From Bispira polyomma (taxonomy: Eukaryota), in contig OZ287748.1 of the NCBI GenBank assembly GCA_965649765.1, positions 15,314,001 to 15,378,000 of the forward strand: a stretch of DNA of 64,000 nt, given 5' to 3'. A program made the position numbers and the translations under genes. The notes under the pieces were generated by a model. It was not told the DNA's origin. It worked only from the letters and a program-made list of their open reading frames with translations, and made no database searches. Positions 37,732 through 47,880 of the stretch are shown piece by piece (position 1 is the first letter of the stretch; every line of letters begins with the position of its first letter).

Positions 37732-40530
37732 ATGAAGAAGGACAGAAAGAACAGTCATTTAATTGCTAATAAGGTAATAGAGAATGATAAGCAATTAATT
37801 GTCGATAAGAACAATTACAAACATATTGAGACAGTAAATAATGCTAAAATTGATACAGTTGTTACCCAATCTGGGAATGATATGTCAAATTATTACAGAG
37901 TGATAAATGTCATTAATGGAAATAATGTAAGTCATAATGTTCTTGTTCAAGGTTTTCCAGATATGGGCTATAATGTACACAACACAGATGTGTCACAAGC
38001 AGACCATAAGGGAAATAGTGTGAGTCATAACGTTCTTGTACAAGGTTCTACAGGTAGGGGCCATAATGTACCCAGCACAGATGGGTCACAAGCAAAACAT
38101 AAGAACACTGGTCAGTACGTCAGATCTGATGGCGCTAAAGATCTAAAATATAACCAGGTATATATGAACAACAGCAGTAAAACATGTGAAGTAAGAATAG
38201 ACATCACAAATTGGAATTACATGAATAACAAGGGGGAATTTTCTTCTCCCATAGTGTATATTCACAGTCATAACGGCTTCTTTAAAAATTTCTACTGTCA
38301 AATCTGGGATCAGGCTGCTGGTGTTCATTATTATGACCAAATCGAATTTAAACCTTCTGGTTTACTAACAATTTTAAATTCGGTTTCTGCACTGTTACAA
38401 TATCAGGAATGTCAAGACGTCCAGTATGGTATTGAATACAATTATGTTTCTGCAAAAGACAAACAACAAGCGAAGGACATTAAATTGTTCTATGACAGAG
38501 ACATTACATGTTTGGACAGATATAACATTGACTATACTACATATATGGAACAAATTATTGACTGCATGATTGATGACTGTAAAGCGACTGATAATAATAC
38601 AGATAATGTAAATAATGATGAATGTATAACAAGGAACAAGGAGACCGGCAACATGACCGGGAAAAATGAAACAGGTAAGAGTCGTCCGCTTTGTGATGTC
38701 ATCACAAATCCGACTTCTTCAGAACATTTTAGGGACATGCTTAAAATGGCCAATCTACCTGTTATCAGGAAAACTACTGACATTAACAATCCCAATAAGG
38801 TTGTAGGGTTCATAGCTCTGTCCCCCACAAATTTTGAGTTTGTAGGTCCTGACAGGCAGGCAGTTACCATTAAGGATATTTCAGAAATTTCAAGGGTTGC
38901 TGAAATCATTAAGGAAACAGGGCTTCCCAATTATAGACAGGCTAGGATACCTATCAACTCAGGTTTACATATCAAAGCATGGGAGAACTTATTACAGGAA
39001 TATCCTGACCAGTTATTAATTCAATACATTAAGTTTGGATTCCCTCTGTCTTTGACACAACCAGAGGGTATAAGAAATCATAAGGTAACTAATCATTTCT
39101 CAGCTTCTCAGTACCCTGATGCAGTAAGGCAATACTTGGAAAAGGAAACATCATTGGGGGCCATGTTGGGGCCTACTAGGGACATTCCGGACCCTCAATA
39201 TAATTGTTCACCACTTCTTACTAGGCCAAAAGATATTACAAAGCGTCGAGTCATATTGAACCTTTCTTACCCAAAAGGGGCCTCGGTTAATGACAATGTT
39301 GACAGGGACAATTTTGACGGAGTGGCGTTTGTATTAAAGTTTCCAAACATAGATAACATTACAGAAGCAATTCGTAATACTGATGATCCGGTACTGTTTA
39401 AAATTGACGTGGCACGCGCGTTTCAAAACTTACGTGTTGACCCAGTCGACGCCATGAAACTAGGAATATTTTGGGACAATGTATACTATGTTGATCCGGC
39501 AATTGCGTTTGGTTGGGTCCACGGCAGCGCGGCCTTCCAGCGATGTACCGACGCAATAACCTCATTTATGGGTAACCATGGTTACCAAGTATTCGGATAC
39601 ATAGACGATTACGTTTGCGTTGCTTCAAAAGAACATGCTCAAGCGGGTTTTGATATGCTATATGATATCATGATGAAACTAGGTTTACCTCTTAACGCGG
39701 ATAAGCTTACTCCTCCCACTAAGAAACTTACGTGTCTCGGCATTGACTTTGACATTACAGCAGGCACCATTAGTATTCAGCTTGAGAAATTACAGGAAGT
39801 TCACAAAACATGCCTCGAAGTGCATAGAAAAAAATATATTTCTAGAAAAAAATTTCAATCGCTCCTGGGCCAATTGCTTTATATTCATAAATGCGTCGTC
39901 CCTGCCAGGATATTCATTAACAGATTATTAGCTGCTTTTAGAAATAATAGCATGAACAAAAGATTTAAGGTCAGCAATGAAATGCAAGCGGACATCCAAT
40001 GGTTTATAACATTTTTGGAAAAATTCAATGGGATAACATATATACAAAAAGATATTATCTCACACGCAAACGAGTTGCATTTGGATGCTTGTCTCACCGG
40101 ATTCGGGGGAGTATGGAATAATGAGGTATATGCCACCCCGTTCCATGATATTTTCAGCGGCAAATTGACAATTGTTCATTTGGAAATGTTGAATATCATC
40201 ATCGCATTAAAAATTTGGGCCGAACAGTGGAAACACCAGAAATTGAGCATCAACTGCGACAATATGGCTGTGGTTCTGGTAGTTGAATCACAGAAAACTA
40301 GAGACAAATTCTTAGCACTTTGCTTAAGAAACATATGGCTAATTACAGCAGCATATGATATTACACTTGAGATTAAACACATTCCTGGGAAAAACAACAT
40401 AATTGCTGATGCATTATCTAGAATATATTCAGTAAGAGGCATTGACAATAATTTATTGCAATCAATTAGAGATAATAATGTTTGGAGGTCAGTCCCACTT
40501 GAATATTTTAACTTAAACTTGACAATTTAA
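37732..40530 (+). CDS. pol: pol (RT + RNase H) of YR element 2 (932 aa)
   Basis: SPLLTRPK, KIDVARAF, FGWVHGS, YIDD; RNase H LDAC, HLEM, CDN, IADALSR. Confidence 0.95.
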   Translation: MKKDRKNSHLIANKVIENDKQLIVDKNNYKHIETVNNAKIDTVVTQSGNDMSNYYRVINVINGNNVSHNVLVQGFPDMGYNVHNTDVSQADHKGNSVSHNVLVQGSTGRGHNVPSTDGSQAKHKNTGQYVRSDGAKDLKYNQVYMNNSSKTCEVRIDITNWNYMNNKGEFSSPIVYIHSHNGFFKNFYCQIWDQAAGVHYYDQIEFKPSGLLTILNSVSALLQYQECQDVQYGIEYNYVSAKDKQQAKDIKLFYDRDITCLDRYNIDYTTYMEQIIDCMIDDCKATDNNTDNVNNDECITRNKETGNMTGKNETGKSRPLCDVITNPTSSEHFRDMLKMANLPVIRKTTDINNPNKVVGFIALSPTNFEFVGPDRQAVTIKDISEISRVAEIIKETGLPNYRQARIPINSGLHIKAWENLLQEYPDQLLIQYIKFGFPLSLTQPEGIRNHKVTNHFSASQYPDAVRQYLEKETSLGAMLGPTRDIPDPQYNCSPLLTRPKDITKRRVILNLSYPKGASVNDNVDRDNFDGVAFVLKFPNIDNITEAIRNTDDPVLFKIDVARAFQNLRVDPVDAMKLGIFWDNVYYVDPAIAFGWVHGSAAFQRCTDAITSFMGNHGYQVFGYIDDYVCVASKEHAQAGFDMLYDIMMKLGLPLNADKLTPPTKKLTCLGIDFDITAGTISIQLEKLQEVHKTCLEVHRKKYISRKKFQSLLGQLLYIHKCVVPARIFINRLLAAFRNNSMNKRFKVSNEMQADIQWFITFLEKFNGITYIQKDIISHANELHLDACLTGFGGVWNNEVYATPFHDIFSGKLTIVHLEMLNIIIALKIWAEQWKHQKLSINCDNMAVVLVVESQKTRDKFLALCLRNIWLITAAYDITLEIKHIPGKNNIIADALSRIYSVRGIDNNLLQSIRDNNVWRSVPLEYFNLNLTI

Positions 40531-40536
40531 TTTCAG

Positions 40537-41513
40537 GTTCTACACCAATTACACAGCAGCTTATGGACACAGCATGGGACAGGATTAATACTGCTTTAAG
40601 ACCAAAGTCTAATTCAGCATATGAAGGACAATTTAAAACATTTCTAGCTTTCTTACAGTTCTCAGGTATCCAACACATTACTATACATGCTGTAATTGCC
40701 TTTTTGGAGTATTTGGCACAAAATCTTTTATCTCCTGGAGCCATAAAAAATTACATGGCTGCTCTTAGATTTATTGCGAATAAATATTCATGGGACCTCT
40801 CTCCTTTCACGCACAATTCAGTGTCTCTTTTCCTCAGGAGTTTATCTCACAATTCTACATTTAGACCCAAACCTAAGGGGATTTTTACTATTCAGCAATT
40901 ACAGCAGATTTCAGCTACATGTGAGATTTTGGATGACCCAATTTTATTTAGGGCAATATTCTTGGTGGCTTTTTTCGGGTTTTTAAGGCTATCAAATATA
41001 GCTCCTCATTCTAGGGCAAGCTTTGATCCATCCAGACATTTCCTCAGACAAGATGTGGTTTTCGGTTATCCGGGAGCCCACATCATATTAAAGTGGGCGA
41101 AAAACTTACAAAATAGAACAGATACCCATATTATTCAAATTCCAGCCCTTCAGAACAAATTACTTTGTCCAGTAAGGGCTTTAATGGCTCTCCTCCAATC
41201 TAGGAAATTGATCAATAGCCAACCTCTATTTGCACAGGGCAAGGCACCTTTTCACACAATAGTGGCCTCACACGTTAGAACAGCACTGCAAACAGTTCTT
41301 TCGCACATTGGACTGCAATATACTTCCCATGGATTTCACACTTTCAGAAGGTCGGGAGCCACTTTCGCTTTTAACAATAATGTATCCCTTCAAAACATCA
41401 TGTCCCATGGTCTTTGGAGATCTTCTGCTGTGTGGACCTATCTACAAAAAACCTCCCAAGCAGCTTCTGTGGTCCCTTTGACTTTTGCGGCCACCATCCC
41501 TTCTGTTTTCTAG
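40537..41513 (+). CDS. Tyrosine recombinase of YR element 2 (predicted acceptor at 40536/40537; first ATG 40563)
   Basis: FFGFLRLSN, KWAKN, HTFRRSGA, HGLW, WTY: complete catalytic set. Confidence 0.95.
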
Positions 41514-41520
41514 TTTGGCT

Positions 41521-41750
41521 TGGGGCTAAAAATTTTACTTTTATTTTAAACATTTTTAAGCTTTTCTTATACTATGTTAAGGTCATATGTAAATATATAT
41601 ATACTAACATGTAAAAAATAAATACTCAAACTGAATCTGTTACTACCTTCTTCTCATATTTACAACATATCATGACCTTATTGATCGCAACTTGACCTTC
41701 AACAATCTTGACCTTTGATTTCAATTATATCCCTCCAATTATGGGGACTG
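41521..41750 (+). repeat. Split direct repeat B1 (230 bp)
   Basis: Identical by inspection to 42665-42894; directly abuts A2. Confidence 0.95.
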
Positions 41751-41966
41751 TGGTAAGCAGGACACCTTTAGGGGACTGCTACGTCAGTCCACACACTTTT
41801 ACTCTGCTACCTTAAATTCCATCAAGTTAGAACGACTTTTATTAAGCCATCTGTCCATCCCTACACTAGCCAATGAGAGGGCTCGAATGCTACCTTCTTC
41901 CCGCAAAAACATAAAGCCACCATATTAAATTCCGAATTTGAAGGAACAACAAGTTCATTTTAAAAA
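41751..41966 (+). repeat. Split direct repeat A2
   Basis: Copy of A1; the B1|A2 junction ggggactg|tggtaagc equals the joined element ends. Confidence 0.95.
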
Positions 41967-42664
41967 CCCACCTCCTCCCCTCACCTCAGCATAAGGTATA
42001 GGTAATGTGACTTATTTCCATTGCCGTCGGCCTTTCTGTGTGCATTCAGAATGAACACATGTAAAGACGCGATTATAAGGTTGAGATGACTAGAAATTAT
42101 TTATGTTTATTTAGCTGCCTCTCTGTGGGCATTTATGATGTACACATGGTAAAGACGCGATTATGTGTCAAGACAGGCGTTATGGATGACTAAACTGGAC
42201 AAATGGTCGTACAGACTTTGATTTGACAGAGTTTAAGCCCCCTTTTTATGGCTTAAAAGACAGGACGGACTACGCCAAGTTATGAGACATTTAAGGGTGT
42301 CTGTAAGGATAAATATAAAGTAGGTTATATGGGTATGAAAAGAAAGATCTTCAACGATCATTGTAACTAACACTGGCTGTTGCCTTGAATGAGCTATGAA
42401 GGATAATGTACCAATATGTAACTCGATATATGTGAAGTACTAGATATTCTTGTCATGTTCAATATGTATGGGCAAGCCCCTTTGTAAACCACTGTAATAT
42501 TATGTGGATGGTATATATAATGCAAAGTTAATATGATAAAGGCTAATTTATGTGCAATGCAATATGATATAATATCAGCACATGTTATTGTAGTATTTTA
42601 GACGTAACTTTTTTTTTTTATATGTGGCCTTTATTTAAAGTTGGTGATGATTATAGCTTCATTG

Positions 42665-42894
42665 TGGGGCTAAAAATTTTACTTTTATTTTAAACATTTT
42701 TAAGCTTTTCTTATACTATGTTAAGGTCATATGTAAATATATATATACTAACATGTAAAAAATAAATACTCAAACTGAATCTGTTACTACCTTCTTCTCA
42801 TATTTACAACATATCATGACCTTATTGATCGCAACTTGACCTTCAACAATCTTGACCTTTGATTTCAATTATATCCCTCCAATTATGGGGACTG
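42665..42894 (+). repeat. Split direct repeat B2 (230 bp)
   Basis: tggggctaaaaatttt...aattatggggactg, same as B1. Confidence 0.95.
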
Positions 42895-43864
42895 AGAAAG
42901 TCAAGGCAAATGAGGCCCATTAACAATAGCCTTATCAAATTGGGTCACTCAGGATCTTTTGTTGTAACTAAAAGGTAATCACATTTACCACTGATGCATT
43001 TAGCTTGTAATCCTGTAAGTTTTGTTCAGAGAGACGAAATGTGTAGAAGTTGGAGCCAAAGTATCAGCAACAAATATGTTGCGGAAAAAAGAGGTAAAAA
43101 ACCATTTATGTATCACACTACAAATGTCTGCAATATGCTGACAATGTTTTATGTACAGAAGTAGGCTTTCACCAGATTAGACATAGTTTACCTATTGAAG
43201 TATTTTTTGGACATGTGTATGTCGTCCATACACGTTATCGGTACATGTCAAGAAAGCAAAATTCTAAATATTTTATACTGATTATATGGTTTTGAAGGCA
43301 TAACTATCTCAGTGCCTCTTGGGATGAGTGTGAATTTTTAAAGACAACAAAAAGATCTCAATTGGGAAATGTTAAAATTGTATTCTATGTTAGATTTCTA
43401 CTTCTATGTACATACTCAGAATAAGGCCACCTTAAATTAAAGACAAGTCACTTAAGGTGACCTAAACTTGAGGTGAATGTTACTTTTAGCAGAGGTCAAT
43501 TTATGGTGACCTTAACCTAAGGTGAACTTAACTTTTATTAGGATTGGTCATTTGGGTTGACCTTAAATTAAATTAAGGTTGTGGTCATTTGCGTTGATCT
43601 TAGGTTTAGCTTAGTACATTGTGTAAACCTTTGGGGTCACTTGTAGTGGCCTTAGTGCTAGTTAACTCTGCCAAAGTTATAAACTTTTCAAGTTAAGTTA
43701 AATACAAGTACATGTAAAAGTTATATTTAAGTATACAATGTTTACGTAAAAGAGTAAATGCAATATAATTATAAGGTGGCCCTAAATATAGACATGTAAA
43801 ATTTTAGTATAAAATATATGATGGTTTTGTATTATAAGTGAGAAAAAAGAGACCCCAAGCCCAA

Positions 43865-44613
43865 CTAGTAAGTAGTAGTGTTTGCAAGAGCACCTTTGAA
43901 GGCCAGTGCCACCTGGGGAGAGGTATTATGGTCTTGGTTGATATATTTCCACACACAATCCGATGTCCAGGTGCCATGGGCCTGGATATCCTGTAATGGG
44001 ACCTTTTGGTTGAATGCATATGTGGCACCTGAGCGTTGGAAGGTGTGGAAGGTTATGTTTTCTGCCTGACAGTGTACCCGTGTGAGTATGGTTTGTAGGT
44101 TTCTTCTGACTCTTGTGTCTGTGAGTGGGATCCAGAGTGCATTGTGTTTAAACTGGAATAATTGTGAGTTGCTGGATCCAGGTGTGATGGCTAATAAGTT
44201 CCTAACTGCTGTGACTGGGCAGAGGGAGGAAAATGGTAGTAATGGTAATTTGATGATTCTGATTGTATTTTTTGACTGGAGTGTTTTTGACCATTTAACA
44301 ATGATGTGCATGCCAGGAGGTGCAAATAGGATGTCACCTCTGGAAAGCTGCTGAAGGGGGGGTGTAGCCGGCTACACTATGGCCGAAAGGTAATCTGCAA
44401 TGGAAAAACTAGAGACATTGCTTGTAACTAATACTTCTAAAAAGGAGAGGATAACTTGTGGAGTAATTGTTGTGAGGCTGATGTTTGTGAAACAGGTAAA
44501 GGCCAGGAAAACCCTGAAAATGTTGGTATAAGCCTTTTGTGTGGAAGGTCTGAAGACTTAGTGGGCCCTGGAGGCTGCCTTGGCAGCCATGGATGCCAGT
44601 TAAGGTGGTAAAC
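43865..44613 (-). pseudogene. YR pseudogene of element 3 (nonsense codons; internal deletion near 44360 removes the Arg-I motif)
   Basis: N-part FRPSTQKAYTNIFRVFLAF; C-part ORF 43865-44311. Confidence 0.85.
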
Positions 44614-44619
44614 CTACAA

Positions 44620-47090
44620 TTTTAATGGACCAATTAATATTCATGGTACCATCATTCACATTTATCCATTGTGGTTTTGCTATGTATTCTGTTAACCTGT
44701 TAGGACTATCAGTGTACATATGCCATCTGGAGAGGAGGTCAGCCACTGCATTATTTTTGCCGAAAATATGAATTGTGCTAAAACTGATATCTGCCATTGC
44801 CGTTTCCATATAAATATATCTGGCCATGGCTCCCAGTGTATGATCTTTTGTTCTACCTGAGTTTAATATGGTAACAACGGCTTCATTGTCATAGTGTATT
44901 AGTAGTCACTTGTTGCCCCACTACTTTTTCCAGAGCCTGACTGCAACTATTATATTAGCATCTCTAGGTGAGTAATGTGGTAGCTTTCATAGCCCCTGGG
45001 GAGTTGTTTTTTGTATACTTGATTGTTACAGCGACCACCTAAACCTTCTAAACAGGCATCTAGTTCTATATAATCCGTAATTGGTCTGTGATCGAAGAAT
45101 GCTCTACCATTAAACGAAGGGAGAAATTCACAGAACCAGTTAAGGTCTTGATGGAATTCAACCCCTAGGTTGATTGTGTGTGCAGTGTGGGCTGCGTGTA
45201 ATGCTTCCAACATTCTGTTCAGAAAAACTCTGGATACATCTAGATATATAGAGCAATTTGCCTAATAGTGATTGCAATTTTACTTGTCAGGATTTACACA
45301 TCTTTAAGATGTCATTGAGTTTTTCTTGGGGAACTGAAACTGTAAAGTTTTCCGTATCGATGAGGCCACCTAAACAGACTACTTGAGTGCTTGGACGCAC
45401 TATTTTCATTTTGCTAATTTCAAAACCTAGCTCATGGAGAGTGTCATGAAGGAGGTCAAAAGAACATTGTATTTTGAAAGGAATGCCAAAACCTATGATA
45501 TCGTCAGTGTAATTTATGACGTCACAGTCGTGACATTTCATACTGAAGCGAACTGCGTCACTAAGACGCTGGAATTTCGCACTACCATGGGAATACCCGA
45601 AGTGTAGGCATGTATCGACAAAGTATTGCTCATGTTTGAGACCTAGCAGATTGTAATCTGCAGGGTTGATTTTTACATGCCCGAAGGCCTTACTTATATC
45701 TGTTTTATAGAGCAAGGACCCCCGGCCAAGCTGACATATTTTTTGAGTAATAGTGTCCACTGTTGGAAGTGTTAACACAAACGGTGTATGTAATATTTGT
45801 CTCTGGACACGGCTGCGTTTACTGAGTGACCTTGAGTGAAACTCAAATCTATGATGACCATTCTATGGGGTGCACCTGGCTTTTCACGGGTCATGAATGG
45901 TGATACATGTAGATTGTCACAAGGGGGATCTGAGTAGGGACTCAACATGGCCCCGAATTTTGATTCTTCTTCTAAATAAGCTTTAATGTCATTGGGGAAA
46001 TCCCTACCCGATTTATGGTTTTCTTCCTGGTGGACTAAGGGATTGTTCTTGTCGATGTCTAGAGGGAAACCGTATCTTATGAGATATTTCATTTGGGTGT
46101 CCCAGTAGCCCTGTAAGTAAAAATCCCATTTATCAGCTTTAAGCTGGGATTTTACCTGGATTTGTTCCCCCATGAAGTTGGGGATTTTTGAGTTTTTAAT
46201 TTTTTCGTGAATAGTAAATACTGGGTTGGAACTGATATTTTTGAGATCAAACACGGGAACTGTTAAGTCTCCCAAAGGAATAAAGCCAAATTTATCAGGC
46301 GTCTGCCTGTCCCGATTTTGGAAACAATTGTTTTGTTTGGTTAACTTTATAAGTTCTTATTCTTAAGCTTTGCATGTAACTCTAAGTCATATTTGTCTAT
46401 GTTTTGTGTTTCACACTGACCCCCTTGATGAATAGGTTTGGTAGCCTTGTTATGCCTTGCCTTTGTCATTTTGGTTGTGCCATTAGTGTGTTTAACTTGG
46501 CTGTCACTTGAGGGATTGTTTTGTTCCTCTTTATGTTTTTCCCCATCCCCCTCAGTGAGTGTTAGTAGGGGGCAAATCTATTGTGGTCTCAACTATTGTT
46601 ATTACCCCAATTAGTGCCAATGCCTCCCAATTGTGGGAGTTGGGAAGTGCGACTTTTTGGACAATAGGGTCTGGTAAACAACCCCGAGGACTTTATAGTA
46701 CAATGGGAGGGGGGAAGGGTGTTTTGCTGACACTTTGTTCCCTCTGGTGGGAGTTTGTTAAGCCCCCAATTCTATGAGCTGGTGGCACGTCAATTGCTGA
46801 AATAATCTTAGGTACATTTGACTCCACACATTTTGGTCTGAATTCTTGGCGACCATACATTTTACGGGTGAGCGATAGTTGGAGGTACTGGGTGGTTTAT
46901 TTTTCCCTTTTAATGTTTTACCTTTGACTGAACTGAAACCCCTTGAGACAGCTTGAGCATAGCTTTTGACTTTTATTTTGGACCAGTCCGCTCTCCAATT
47001 TTCGCTCTCCCCATTTACACACATGTTACTTTGTACCGGTCTACTGGCTCTATACATGACATTTGTATTAACACTTTCTGTGTTTACCAA
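44620..47090 (-). pseudogene. pol: pol pseudogene of element 3
   Basis: ORF fragments 45772-46275, 45287-45778, 44950-45213 and 44600-44827 are collinear with pol of element 2; the 5' boundary is approximate. Confidence 0.85.
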
Positions 47091-47149
47091 ACTTTTAACG
47101 TTACATTTACTATCAGGACCTGAAGATCAACTTTTGGGCACTGCAAAAC

Positions 47150-47880
47150 TGTGGGAAAGAACGACCTGTAGTGAAGCAATTAGAACACACATGTGTATAT
47201 AATTGCCCTTTGTTTTCATGGTCTCCTTTTTGGGGACAAATGCCTTATGAAAAATTTTACAGGGGACGGATTTCTCACTACTTTTCTTGGTTGAGCCTAC
47301 GGACCCAGTTTGATTTTGGGTTATTGATTTTGGGTTATTATTTAATCATGGCACTAAACACTGCGACCCATTACGCCATTGACAGTGAATCATATGACAA
47401 GCGAGACTTATTGTTACCCCCTAAAGTTCTGGGGCCAGCTACCTGTCTTTTAACCCAAATAGTATCTGAACCACCACGTTGTGAGCGGAACGTACCTGAT
47501 TCATTTACTCGTTGTAATTCCCTCAGGTGGGCGTCAACTGCAGCCTGAAGATCACTGGGCTGCCTAAGCGTCTGAAGTGAGGGAACCACTATGTCATTCA
47601 ATGGAGTTGACCCAGCGCCTGCTACTGTTGTTGCTTTCACCGACACTGGGATCTGTTACACCGTAATCTGTTCACGAGCTGGCTCTGTATTGCTTTTAAG
47701 TTCATATTTGTCCATCCTGGAGCTCAGATCACTTAGCTGTTTTAGTATTAATAGGTTGATCTCGTTTGAGGAGACACTACCTGAGTTTGTACTGTTCACC
47801 ATGGAAATACATTTATCATTTGTAGGCTTTTGGTGATGTCCACCACACGCCTCACAGTCATAAGTTTTTCTGGGAGCCAT
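47150..47880 (-). pseudogene. gag: gag pseudogene of element 3 (internal deletions)
   Basis: N-terminal Cx2Cx3Hx7C, DIVVPSLQTLR..LQAAVDAHL..SGTFRSQRGG, C-terminal CPQKGDH..HVCSNC. Confidence 0.8.

Larger units (their letters stand above)
35761..42894 (+). mobile_element. YR retrotransposon 2, Ngaro-like, apparently intact (A1-gag-pol-YR-B1-A2-spacer-B2), 7134 bp
   Basis: Three uninterrupted ORFs, split direct repeats and no TSD (flanks gtttac / agaaag). Confidence 0.95.

Noticed and set aside
36033-40744. Antisense and alternate-frame ORFs inside the retroelements
   Set aside because: Short shadows of the main ORFs, not conserved between elements.
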